Source: Caecitellus pseudoparvulus (Eukaryota > Protista > Bigyra: Bicosoecida). From it: 64,000 nucleotides of DNA. A program made the position numbers and the translations under genes. The DNA lies in NCBI GenBank assembly GCA_965644315.1, contig CBFFRQ010000045.1, forward strand, positions 1 to 64,000, given 5' to 3'. A model generated the notes under the pieces. It was not told the DNA's origin and made no database searches. It worked only from the letters and a program-made list of their open reading frames with translations. Numbering within the stretch: the first letter of the stretch is position 1; every line of letters begins with the position of its first letter. Positions 11,001 to 24,200 of the stretch are shown piece after piece.

Positions 11001-14000
11001 GGTCTACAAGCATGCTCAGGAACAGCGGCACGTCTTGGGCAATGAGCTTTGAAAGGTTCATGTCACGTAGGGTGCGGTACAGCAAGATTTGTTCGTCAAC
11101 ATCCAAGTTTTGCCGCTTGGTGTTGCCCGCCGTCCGCAGCACGGACAGGATGTTGCGCAGGCCGAAGTCGTAGTGTCGCTGCTTGGACAGTTGCTCCTCG
11201 CACAGGCGGTAGCAGATGAAGAACTTTGTGCTCAGCAGGTCAGCATTCTGGTAGCCGACAGACACGAGCTTGACCTTGATGATGATCTGGCGGTCAGGGA
11301 CCATCATGGCCACTCCCCGGAACAGCGCCTTCAGGTTCTCAGGTAGCTCCTGGCGCCCAGCGTAGCCGGGGTTCATGGTGATGAAGAAGCCGCACACGGG
11401 GTTCAGCGTCGTCTTGAACTCATCACCAGGAAAGAAGAACTCCTTTGCGCTGGCCTTCTTGGCGTTGTTCACAGCTTGCACTTGCTGGGCGACGACGGAC
11501 AGCACTGGCAGTGCAATGCGGTTGAACTCGTCGAAGCATCCCCACAGGCCCGCTTGGCAGAGCCCCTTAAAGATCTTCCCACAGTCAGTGTACCGCATTT
11601 GATCGCTGCAATTGGTGACGATGACGTAGATCCCCAGCGTTCGTCCCATGTCTTTCACCGTCTCGGTCTTTCCCGTGCCGGCCGGCCCCGCTGGGGCCCC
11701 GCCAAAGTACATGCCCAGCGCCTGCGCCAGGGTGATGTAGCAGCGGTCAGTGAGCGGCGTGATGACGAGCCGTTCCTTGACGCCCAGGTACTCATACTGG
11801 TACAGGAAGTTCACGTCCGTGACGGAGATGCGGCAGGCGCCGTCTTCGTCCACCTGGTCGCCTTGATCTGGGTGCCAGTAGAAGCGAGCCTGCTTCAGCC
11901 ATTCAAAGTCATCGGAGGACCTGATCTTCCGAGACTTCCACAGTGCCGCCATGTCCCGTGATACATCTGACTGGTGCACTTGGATGGTGACGAGCGTTTC
12001 GATCTTGATGCGGTTCATCTTTGAGCCGAGGTCTTGCAGGCACCACGTTCCCATGGTGCGCTGCACTTCCAGCGCCTTTCGTTTTGCGAGGTCTACAGCA
12101 CCTTTCCGGCTGCGTCCTTGGGATAGCGCCAGCTCAGTGTCAGCTGTCCACATGAGCTGGATGCCGAGCAGGGCGTACTGCCCGCACTGCCGGTCGACGA
12201 AGCCCCGTAGCTTGTCCAAGTCGTCGCCCACCGCTGCGATTTCAGCGGCACACTCGGCACAGTACCACTTCATCGTCGCTTGGTGCTCCTTCAAGAGAGC
12301 CATGAGCCAGTCCTCAATGTTCCCGACGCACTTTACTGGCTTGCGCAGCTCTATGGACTCGGTGCCGCCCTTCAAGAAAGAGTGCATGCCCACTATCATG
12401 TCCTTGTCCTTCTTGTCGTGCTCGACGCGCCCGATGGAGTCGAAGACGTTCTGGTAGTACTGCTGGATGGCTTGGGGGTCTGAGCCTTTCGACAGGATTT
12501 GCAGGAGGACGGGGCCCGAGCAGAAGAAGAAACGAGGGAACTTGTTGCGCTTCTGCTCCAAGTAGCCATCCAGGTGCTTCTGGCAGTTCTCCAGTGCGTC
12601 GTACATGCCAGGCAGCGAGGACTTGAGGACTTCGTTTGCGCAGCATGTCACTGCGACCTTCGTCTTGGAAGCGGCAGACATGATGTTCAAAAAGTCCTTG
12701 TCGGTCTTCTGGAAGCGCTTGGCGACGGCTGGCATCTGCTTCGCGATGTCACCACCCAAGAACACCACCTCCAGCGAGGACCACTGCAGCTGGACTTTCA
12801 GCCACAGCTCCAGCGTTTCGCTAGTGTCGCTGAGCTCCTTCAGCAGCAACTGTGTTGGCTCCTTGAAGGGGGTGATGTACCTGGAAGTCAGGTATTGCTG
12901 CAGCGCCATTTGGTCCTCCTCAAGCTCCTCCACGATGACAGGCACGGCGGTCATGGTTTGAACACTTGGACGAGAGGCGTACTCTTGGAAGGCAATCTCG
13001 CGTGTCGTCCATTTGGCCTGCACGACGGCAATCTTCTCCTCCAGGTCCGCCTCTTTCACCGCGCCAATGCACACCTCCTCGACTTCCTCGAAGTGGGGGA
13101 CGAGGGACTGCTTCATCAAGTCTGCCAGCTTGAACTCTGGGTCGTCCACAGTCAGCTCACCTTCACAGGAGCAGATGGACTCCAACGCCGCCCAGTGCCG
13201 CGCGATGACACACTCTTGGGCGAGCTGCGTCAGCAGTGGCAGCACAAGTTGAAAGTCTTCGATCTTGGTCTTCAATTCAAGGTATGCCTGCCAAGACCGC
13301 AGGCGCTTCGGCATCTTCTTGCACCTGCTTGCGAACGACTCCATGTCTGCAATCATCGTGTCCACGTTGTCCTTCACGTCCGCCCACAGGATCGTGCGGT
13401 ACTCGTCCATTTGGTTCATGACGTCTTTGTACAAGCCGTACAGCTTGCCAAGCAAGGCAAGCTCCTTCTTCGTCTCATCAAGCTCGGGAAAGGGTGTGAT
13501 GGGGAGTGCAAAGAGGTCCTCCCCGCCATTGTACAGCTGCCGCTTGCGCTCCATGATCTCGAACTTGTCCTCGAAGCGCCGCAGGCGGTCCATGGCCTCC
13601 AGCGGGGACACGCCTTCCACCATAGGCCCTCGCTCGATATACTCAGCTCGGAACTCCGTGACTTTCTCGGTGAACACCTTCAAGTCAATGAGCAGTTGGC
13701 GCCTGAAGTCCCCTTGCACTTGTGCGATGGAGGTGGTCACTTCGGCAGCCTTGTCCACGACACGCTTCCACGATGCCCACACGACGCTCTTGGCGTCTCG
13801 CTCCTCCTGGGACAGCTGAATGTCATGGAGCTCCAGCAGCTTGTACATTTCCATGATTGGATCAATCTGCGCGTGGATACTCGCTTGCCTGGTGCGCACT
13901 TCCTGCAGCACCTCCATGGTGTACCGGAGGCTAGTCAGGCCTGACACTTCCCGCTCCAGCTGGGTCAACGTGGTCTTTGTGTACTCCATGATGTCGTCAA

Positions 14001-17000
14001 GCATGCCCTTGGCTTGCTTGTGCAGGTTGGCGGAGTACCTCTGCTTCCATGCGGCGACTTCCTCCCCCAGCTGGGCCTTCAACGTCTCGGTGCGCAAGGA
14101 CAGGGCGCCGATGTTGTACATGGAGAAGATGCGGTCCACCTCCCCCTGCACAAGGGCGAACTTCCCCAGCTCTCGGGCGTAGTCATGCATGGCAGGGTCC
14201 TTCGCCAGAAACTCTGCGTACGCTTCGTCAGCGTCCTTCTTCCACAACCACTCGAAGGCCCCGAAGTCCTCCAGGTATCGCTGCACTTGGTACCGCGCTC
14301 CCTGGAAGCTGCCTGTCAACAACAGCACGGTGCGCACGACAGACATGTCGGATGTCAGGCGTTCAAACATGGTGGGCCACACAGCTGCCGCTTCGCAGCC
14401 CCATAGGGGCAGCAGCTTGAAGGCATTCAGGACACCCCGCGCACAGTCGTTGATGACTTCCTGCACAGCCTCCACGCTGGGCTCCAGGCAGACGTGCGGG
14501 ATGGCGAGGTGCACCTTCACCTCGAAGAATGGCCGCTTGGCCATGAGGTAGGTCGATTCATAGCGGTGAAGCAGGCGCTCCTTGAGGGTGTTCAGTGACT
14601 TCTTCACACAGCCAAGCATGGCCGCGTACATGAACGTGCTGTAGTGCTGTCGCAAGGCGCTGAACTCTGCGGGGCTCGCAAGCTGAATGGAGCCGTCCAG
14701 CTGGTACCCTTCGATAAGTTGGACCAGGTCGTGGACGGCGGTCTCCACTGTGCGGTTGATGTCCACCAGTATGGCGGCGTGGGTCTCAACGTGCGCCGCC
14801 TGGATGGAGCTGAACTCTTCCAGTGGAAGCGTGCCCGAGTCTGGGAGCTTCACCAAGCTCATGTGGGCAACCTTCTTGACGTTCGACTCAATGCGATTCT
14901 CGACAATGTCGTTGACGCTTGTCACGAGACCCCGCAGGCGCGCTAAACCGCTCTGCACGTGGGCTCTGAACGCGTCAATGTTCATCGCGTTCCAGGTCAT
15001 GGAGAAGAGCGCCGGGCGAAGGCGGTGCTCCATGTCATGCACGGCGGGCAGCATGACTAGCTGCAGGGCGTGGATGATCCGGCCCTTGGCAGCTGAGAAG
15101 TCACCCAGCATTTCGTGCAGGATTTGGTAGTACGCCTTGTACTTGTGCTCCTGGAGCACCACTGCCTTCGCCGCGCGAGGCACTGCAATTCCCATGCGCG
15201 CCATGCACTTGCTCTCCCTGATGAGCTGCAGCACTTCCCTGTCAAAGTTGACGTACAGCTTGCCATCTTTCGGGTGCCGAATCAGGAGCACAGCCTCCAG
15301 GCCTGCCATGGCCTTGTCAATGCTGTCCACCCAGGCTTGGTACCACAGGTACTCGAAGGCGACGAGGGTCCTGGCAACGCGGTTGTACAGCTTGACAATC
15401 TTTCGCCCCACCTTAGTAGCTAGCATTTCTCCGTGGTGCTTGAACGACTCCATAGGGCGCTGGATCCGTGCGAACAGGTGGCGTGCCCACATGATGTTCC
15501 CAGCAACTGGCGGCATGTTGCGCGCGCGGGGGGGGTTGTGCTTGCTTCCTTCGTAAATGTCCTGCACTCGCTCCAGTTCTGCGCCATAGGTGTGGAAAAT
15601 CCGAGTGAGTTGAGCACGCAGGTCGGCCGCCAGAATGGGCCGGTGCAGGATGCGGCACAGCTTGGAGTGCAGTACCAGTGCCGCATCCACGCTGCGGATT
15701 CCAGAGAACGACTCTTGAACAAAGGTCAGCATGCTGGCCTCCAGTTCGTTGATGTGCACGTTGAACTCAACAAAGTCCCTGTCGAAGCCTTGGTCGTACA
15801 CGGCGAAGAAGTTGTGCCGCTTGGCTTGCATCTCCATGCACACGCGCTTGTACCTGACCTGCACCCCCTCTGTGCCTTCCAGGCCGTGCCCCAGCAGGGA
15901 GTCGAAGTCAGAGATGGTTCCAAAAAGCGCATGGAGCTTGGTAAGGCGCCGAGAGAACATGTGTGCGTGCGCGAACAGTTGGCTGGCTGGCAAGTCTGCC
16001 CACGCGCCTTCCCCACGCGATGCGTACTCGCCTGCTGTTGACTCGTACGCTGCCTCGATCATGTCGATGGACGACAGACAGGCAGTGACTCGTTCAACAA
16101 CTAATGCAGCATCCTTCTTCCACAGGCGCTTGCCGGTGTCCTCAGCCTGCAGGGCTTCGACGTGCTCCTGGCAAGCTTGGCAGGCCTGCCTGACGACGCT
16201 GCCCAGCAGCTGCCCGACTTGCGCGGGGTCACGGAAGTGCCTGGAGGCAACTTGCACGGTGTGCACTGCGTGAAGAAGAGCAGGGAAGCCCTCAACAACA
16301 GTCTGGGGGTCGGCAGAGTACAGTGCGCCCAGGAACGGCTCCACGGAGCTTAGGTACCGGAAAGTGTCCCGTGCAATGTTCAGGCCCTCTGTGAGCTGCA
16401 GGTCCAGCTCCCTCCACGCCTTCACAACCGAAACCACCTCTGGTGTGTTGTGTGCTCCACCGAGGCCCTTTGCGATGGCATTCATGGCCCCAGACACTGT
16501 GCGCGCTTTCGACGTGCGCAGCTGCTCCACGACGCTGGACAGTTGGATGACCCGGACGTGCCACCATTCCAGGATGGCCTGCGGGTGCTCAGCGTGGGAG
16601 TCAGGAACAACATCATAGTGCAGGAGGTTTTTGACTGTTGCTGTCCAGGCCTTGAGGGTGTTTGTGTACGCAGTGGCTTGCAGTCGGGACACGGGGGCTT
16701 GCTGGCCTCGGGTGACGGACAGGCGCTCGAGCAGGTCGAGAGGAACGAACTCATCGCCGGGCATTTGCAAGGAGACGATGTGCGCGGTATTCAGCGCGAC
16801 GTCTTTCATTGCTTGCGAGAATTGAGCGATGCTGCTCTCAGCATCTGCGGCCACGGCAGCACTCGCCTTGCCCCAGTCAGCTTTGCTCGCAATGGCGTCG
16901 TGGAACAGCACGTCCATTTGTGCCTCCAAGCTGGCAAGTGGTGCTTCCATCATCTCTCCGATCAGGAGAGTGTGGTCATTGTCCTGCTCCCGACGCGGTG

Positions 17001-17412
17001 GGTGGGTTGGCCCGTGCAACGGCTCCAGGCATGAACGCCACTCACCTTGTCTGCATCAACTGCTTTTGAGCCTGGAGTGTTGCGCATGAAGTACATGACC
17101 TTGCCCCCGGCGATGGCATCCCCGCTCGCCACGAAGCGCAGTGCTGAAGGGTCCTCCGTCGGGTCCTGTACTCTCCGAGGGCGTGGGCCGCGGACGGTGA
17201 AGGCCAGGCGGCAGTGACTTCGGGCGCAGCCCGATGCAAGGTCGCACCTTTTCGCCAGCACTCAGGAGCAGGCATGCACGGCCTGTCCCACCAAGCAGGG
17301 CATCTAACTCGGCGACATGCTTCTTGCAGATGTCCTTTGCAGCTTCCTGGGAGATTTCGTACGCCTCAGCAATGCGGGAGGCACAGTGCAGGTGCCTGGC
17401 CCGAAGAGCCAT
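4996..17412 (-). CDS. Axonemal outer-arm dynein heavy chain (DNAH5/DNAH8, gamma-like), 3'-interrupted by the Harbinger element
   Basis: P-loops GPAGTGKT, GPTGGGKS, GGSGTAKT, GVGGSGKQ; WGCFDEFNR; NMPPVAGNIMWARHLF. Predicted exons 17412-17248, 17165-17046 and 16983-4996. Dynein sequence stops at NEPPSGLKAGLYR in AAA6; the last residues AVSH* are encoded by the TIR. Confidence 0.93.
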
Positions 17413-18210
17413 TCTGCGTTGCTGCAGCGCAACGCCGGCGCTGGCAAGGCTGGGGCGGACACGAGGCAGACACGTAAGATGGAAAGCAATGCATAAATGT
17501 TTCGTTTAGGCGCCATAGCCTGGCGTGCTGCTCATCCATGGAAAGTGTGCGGCCCCTGCTGTTGTTTGCAGGGCGGGACAGACGTTGGCTGCCTCGGCAG
17601 CGTGCAAGCCACACTGAGAGGCCCCGCTGCATGAGGTGTGTCGAATCAAGGGATGCCCGGCTTCTCACAGCACCTGCAGCTGCCGTCACTTGCCGCCTCT
17701 GCGTCTCCCACGCAAAGGCTATCACAGAGGCCGGCTTGCTTGTGCATGCGAGCGACGCCAGGCGATGTGCTTCAATGCTCCCCATTTCGCACAAACAAGG
17801 AAACACACAGTGCTGCACAGGCGCATGCAGCATGCCAGCTCGGCGCGCATGGGTTTCCTGCCCCGGGCCAACGCCTCGCGCAGCGGCACAGCCAGCGCCA
17901 GGCACACCAGCGCCAACTGACGGCATCGCTGGGGCTGCAGCGTGCCCACACGCGGCTTGGGAGTGAACAGCAGGGCGATTCTCGGTACGTGATTGAATTT
18001 GAAGACTTCCCGCACTGTTGCCATGCGGCATGCTGCATGCGTTGGGAAGAGGTGCCTGGCTGAAGGCAACGGAATTTCAAAGGCTGCAGCTGGTGCAGTG
18101 CCGCTGGGCGGGAGTGCACCGCCCACCTGCCTCAGCCAGTCGTGGGCGAGGCAGCGGAAAACGAAGACACTGCTTGCTGCTCCTTGCACAGGTGCTTCTG
18201 TGCGGCATGA

Positions 18211-21200
18211 GTGCGCACACGATCACTGCCGCCAACGTGCCAGCTGCTGTCAAGTACGTGCCTGCCCGCCGCCTCAGCCGGCGTCGCCCGCCTCGCACCT
18301 GCCTGCCGTCGCCCCCGGTGCAGGGTTTTGGAGAGTGCAGTTGCAGAGGCCCAGGCACGCGTGACGCCAGCTGTGGGCAAGCATGACCACCACCCACGAG
18401 GAGCCGACGCGTCTCTGCCGCCGGCAGCGCCCCCCATGCAGCCCCCCATGCCGCCCCTGTCCATGTGCCTGCACCCCCTGCTCAAGGCGGCGCAGGAGGT
18501 GCGCGCGCGGGTGAGGCAGAAGAGCGAGGCCATGCGGGCTCTGCAGCAGCTGCGTAACAGCAGCGGCATGCAGGCCGTGGGGGCCGCGCTGCCGGAGCCG
18601 GTGCGGCGGAAGTGCCACTGGGACTACGTCCTGGAGGAAGGCCAGTGGCTGGCCACGGACATGCACCAAGAGCACAGGTGGCACCTGCTGGCACTGCGGC
18701 AGGTGGCTGCCGCCGCTGCTGCCGCGGCGCGGCGTCGGGAGGCCCGCCTGGGCGCCAAGAAGGCCAAGAAAGCGGCTGCGGCCGCCTCCTGCAAGCCAGC
18801 ACCCCTGTGGGCCTTCCCGCACCTTCCCGCACCGCCCATGACCCCAGAGACGCCGACGACGGCGCAGCCGTGGCAGTGGCAGTACCTGCCCCTCGCCGGC
18901 TTGTGCCGTGAGGCCAACGTCGTGTCGCAGGTGCTGCTGGGGCCGGACAAGTACCCCCACTTGCCGCCCTCCACGCAGGAGGCGCCCCGCCTCCCGCAGC
19001 AAGTGGCCCCCCTGCGCTTCCCCGGCCAGGAGGCGCACGCCCAGTCCGCTGCTGCCACGTCCATGCTGCGCGCAGCCATGGCGTCGGTGGCCAAGTTCGT
19101 GCTGCCGCCCCCCCTGCGGGCAGCCCTGCGCCCGTACCAGCGGGTGGGCCTGCAGTGGCTCCTAGCCCACGCAGCACGGGGATGTGGCGCTGTGCTGGGG
19201 GATGAGCGAGGGCTGGGCAAGCGCGCAGTGGCTGTGGCGGCCATCGGGTGCATGGTGGTGGGCATGGCCACCCCGTCGTGCCTGCCGCCCTGCCTCGTGC
19301 CGCCGCCGCCACCCCGCGTCAAGGCCAAGGCCCAGCACGCCCTGCCAGTGCTGGTGTTGGTGCCAGACACCCTCGTCCCACACTGGCGTGCCGAGTTCCG
19401 TCGGTGGTGGCCTGCCCTGCGCGTGGGCTTGACTTCGCCGCCGCCTCGCTCCGGCGTGGATGTGCAGTTGCTGGCGGTGAGTGAGGCGGAGGCGGCGCTG
19501 CGTGAGGCCGGCAAGAAGGCAGCCTCTCCCTGGAGCATGGTGGTGGTGGACGCGACGGTGGGTGTGCCAACCGCTGCCTCGACAGCACTGCTGCACGTGG
19601 GCAGCGGGGAAGAGACACCCCCAGAGCCGTCACCAGCCACCGCGCACGGGGACGGGCAGGAGCTGCCTTGGGAAGCGCTGGCCAAGCTGCCCACGTGCCA
19701 CCGTCTCCTGGTGACGAACCGCCTGCTGCCGACAGAGGCGCCTCTCGTGCACCAGGTGGCTGCCTTCGTCTGCCCGCGCTCCTTTGCTGAGCACAGCCAG
19801 ACGCCCCCTGAGGCTGTGCTGGAAGCCATGGCCGAGTCTGGTGTCAAGGCCAGTGCGCCCAGAGTGGCTGACGAGGGCGACGCGCCCGCGCCAGCCACGC
19901 CTGAGGCTCCCACAGAGCCTGTGGACTTGACGGGCGACGGCGCTGCAGTGCGGGATGCGCTGCTGTGTTTCTTCCTGCGCCGCCAGGTGCAGGATGAGGC
20001 CATCCCGCCCCAGCTGCCGACGCTGTGGTGCCGCACGCTGCTGCTGCAGCCCACGCCCGCGCAGCGCCGCGTGTACGCCTCCCTGTGTGACGTGCAGGCC
20101 GTGTCCAGCGACGTGCACGCTGCCTGTGGGTTGGACCCAGACATGTCCCCGCTGCTGCGCCGCATGGCCCTGCTGCACGCCGCGGCACAGCACGCCGCAG
20201 GGCCCTCGTGCCTCGCAGAGGGCGCCTCCTCCTCCCTGTGGGCCGCCCTGGACCCCACCTGCCGCCCACAGGGCCGTCACACCCCCCTGCACGGCACAGC
20301 ACAGCCCCTGGCCACGTGTGCTGCAGCTGCCCTGGTCGCTGCGCACCGGCCCTCCCGTTGGCTGCTGCGCCAGGGAGAGGGCGGGCTGGGCCTCCTGCAG
20401 GGCCGCAGGGCGGTGGACTTCGTGGACGGCGGCGCCGCTGGGCAAGCCTGGGGGGGGTGGGGCCTCGCAGCGGTGCTGGCTGCGCCGTGGGGTGAGCCGG
20501 CCCCCGACAACCTCGCCTTCACCAGCGAGGCCAGTGGCCGCGGCAGGGGCCGCAGCCGGCAGTCTCCTCTGCCACCTGCCGAGCCGGGTTCGGCCGCTCG
20601 TGCTGTGAACGTGCACCGACTGGCAGTGGGGCAGGGAGGGGGCGCCTTGCGGTGGGCTGCGCAGCACTCCCTGCCCCTCGCCACGCCGCTGCGCCTGACC
20701 CTGCACCGCTGCCACACCCGCGGTGTGCTGCCGTTGACTGCCACTGCGTCGGAGCGGGCAGTGGATGTGGCTGGTGTGTTGGGTGTGTTGGGGCGCGGTG
20801 GGCTGTGGGGGTGGAGCGCCCCGGCCACCAGCGTGGAGGTGCAGGTGCAGACATGGCAGGTGCAGTGCCTGCCCGCTGTGCCCGCGCCTCTGACGTGCGG
20901 ACCCCTCGCAGGGCACACGGTGCAGTGGGACTTGTTGCCCCACGCCGTGCCCACTGCGTGGGTCCCCGGCAAGGGCAAGGCTGCCCCGCCCACGGCTGAC
21001 ACCATCACGTCGCCACGCGGCACGGTGTCGCCCTCCCCCAGCCCTGCCTTGCGCCCGCCGTCTTCCCTGGCCACCTGGACGGCAGGCAGCGCCAAGTTCC
21101 GACTCCTGCACCAGCTGCTGCACGAAGCGGTGTCCCTCGGCGTGCGGCTGCTGGCAGTGGCGTCCAGCCACTGGATGGCCGACGCAGCGGCCGCCTTTGC

Positions 21201-24200
21201 CAATGCGGCGGGGTTCCCAGCGCTGCGCCTGGACACCGCCCCCTCCCCGCCCGGCGTCATGGGCGCCGAGCAAGTGGAGCGCTTCAACTGTGACGCACGG
21301 TGGGCGCTGGCCGTGACCACCGTCGCGCCGGTGCTGGGCATGGGTCCCGAGGGGGCTGCCTGGTCGGGCAAGGCCGTGCTGGGAGCTGGCGCCGCCCGTG
21401 GGGACGTCGGGAACGCCGCCCCCCTGCCTTACACTGCGGGTGCAGCCGTCGTGCTGGACGCCGCCCCCACGCCTGCCTGTGGCGAGGCGCTGCGTGGGCT
21501 ACTGCAGCGCCTCTCTGCCGCGGGCGTGTCCCAGGTCGTGCAGTTGGCGACAGCTGGCACGCTGGAGGAGGGCTCCCTGCGCCTGGCGTCAGGGGGCGGC
21601 TCGGCTGCCGTGACGGCAGCAGCGCGGGCCCTGGGGTGGACCAGCGAGGAGGGGGACGACGTGCCGGACTACCCCTGCGACCCGGCCAGCGTGGGTGGGG
21701 CGCACGCCCGCCTGCCCCCAGACGCCGAGGTGCAGGGGCTGCTGCCGTGGCAGTCCCACGTGCGCAGCAAGGCCATGCACGGCACGTCGGCGGTGTGGGC
21801 TGGCACCAACACCAGTGCCGGCGGCATGGTGCCGCCGGCTGTGCTGGCTGGGGACCACCCCCGCAATGTGGGCGTGGGACCACCCTCCCTCCTGCACCGC
21901 CCCGCCGAGGCAGACACGCTGGCGTCGTCCCTCCTCAGCATGACCCGTGGCCTGCCGCTGCAAGCCCTGCGGGAAGCCCAAGTGCACGCGCTGCTGGCGG
22001 GGTGGGTCCTGCGCCCCGCCGCCTCCCAGCCCCTCGTGGACATCTCTCGCGTCTCCCCGGGCCAGTACGAGGCGGCGCTGGCCACGGTTCGCCGCCCCGC
22101 CGCCGCCCTGGCCTGCACCCACCTCCCCGCCACGCTCTCCCTGCCTGCCCTGGCTGCCAGCATGCGGGAGCAAGTGGGCAGCATACCGCCCCCCACCGCG
22201 GACAAGGCCCCCCTGGCACACCTGTGGCCGGCCGCTGCCTCACTCATGCGCACGCACCCCGCCCACCTGCCCTCCTGGCAGGCTAAGGTCACCAAGCGGG
22301 CACGCCTGGCGCCAGCCCACGCCCCCAGCGCCGGCAAGCACCTGTGGTACGACGTGCCGCGTGTGGTGGGCGGCAGCGGCGCCCTGGCTCGGGGGCCCAT
22401 GCGGTGGTTGGCGGGGCTGGTGGAGGAGCTGTCCCGCCACCAGGACGCAGGGCTGCTGCACACCTCCCACGTGTACGCGCCGCCCCACCCCGAGCAGCGG
22501 TCCCTGTACAGCAGTGTCAGCGTGCTGGGCGACAGCGCTGCCGCGGCTGGCCTGCGAAACCTGCTGCACCAGCTGGAGCAGAGCGCCATGGGGCTGTACC
22601 TGCACCCGCTGCATGTGCGCGCAGAGCAGCGCTTCTACGGCCCCGCCGCGGCGGTGGGGGCGGGTGGCGGGACCGGCGCCGCACACAGCGTCGCCGCCCT
22701 CACCAGCGGCACGTACACCAGCCAGAGCTTCTACGCACACCAGGTGCCCCAGCGGCCTCGGCCGGGGGCGGGTGCACCCCCCAACAAGTACGGCGCAGGG
22801 GACGGCGCGCTGTTCGACCGCCCCAGCCACAGCTACGGCTGGAGCTCCTGTGCCGCGACCAGCCTGCGGTGGGACGAGGAGGCGCCCAGCACCCTCACGG
22901 ACAAGCCAGTCGCACCGGGGTGCCAGCAGCCCTCCCTGCTGCACCTGCGCTTCGGCGGCTCCGCAGGCAGCGCCAGCCTGACTGACGTGGCGCTGGAGAT
23001 CAAGCGCCTGGCGTCCATGCGCACGGCCCTGCCTCGCGTCACGGCCAGCGTGCAGCAGGCAGGGGGGTGGATGCTGGATGGAGGGGAGGAGGAGGGCGGG
23101 TGCCCCCCCCCTGCCAAGGTGCCTCGAGGGGGCGTCCTGCCGCCCCTCGAGGCGACAGTCGGCGGCCTGCCCACCCGCACCCCGGCTGCCGTCGTGCCAC
23201 GCCCCCGCAAGCGCCGCCTGGCGCCGCCCTCCGCCGTCGGGGTGGACTCCTGGGCCGACATGCAGCTGGGCGCTTCCCCACCCAAGGTGCAGGCCGTGGC
23301 GGTGCGCGCCCCCCCCAACGCAGCAGCTGCAGGCGCCGCGTCCAGGGCAGACGCCTTGGTGGCGGCGCCCCTGCGCAAGCGTATGGTGCGGGGCAGCCTG
23401 GGCATCGACACGCGCGCTGGCGGCGTGACGCCCCTGCCTGCCTCCTCCCGCTCCGACTGGGCGCAGTGGGAGGACGCGCTGCTGCTGCAGGTGGTGCGGG
23501 AGTTCGGCTCCAACTGGGACCTGGTGCGGGGCGTCATGGCGGAGCACCCTGCGGCAGTGGCCCACGGCGGTCGGGCAGCTCGGGCCCCCCGCCTGCTGTA
23601 CGAGCGCCACCGCCGGCTGACCATGGGCGCCGTGGCAGCGGGGCGCAGCCTGGCCATCGCCAAGCGCGCCAAGAGCCTCAGCGGCAGCCTGGGCACGGCG
23701 TACGCGCAGTACGGCGGGGACGTGTCCAGCCTGGGCCGCGCGCAGTTGCTGTGGGGTGGCAAGCAGCTGGGGCTGTGGCCCCGCCGCCCCGCCTTTGCCC
23801 TGGCCCGCACGGTGGCCGACCACGGCTCCGCCCTCGCCACGGCCATGCGGGAGGAGAAGCAGATCCCCAGCGTCGTGTCTCGGGACGCCACCGACGCCAC
23901 ACGACAGGCACACGCGTCCCACGAAGCCAGCGTCGCCGCCGCCGCCCTGCGCCCCGAGGGGGCCGACGCCGCCGCCCCCACTGGCATCGCGGACGCCTTC
24001 TTCAAGGCTGGCGCCGCCTCCCTGCACGGCCGTCTGCGCGTGGAGCCGTTCCGGGAGTCCAGTCCCTACGTCCTGCAGCACGCCGAGGCGCAGCGCACAA
24101 GCGGCGCTGCCGGGGCGAGCGGGGCGGCGTACGCCCCACCCGCCCCTCAGGCCCAGCAGACCTCGGCAGGGCCGCCTGTCACGGGCACCACCACCTCGCG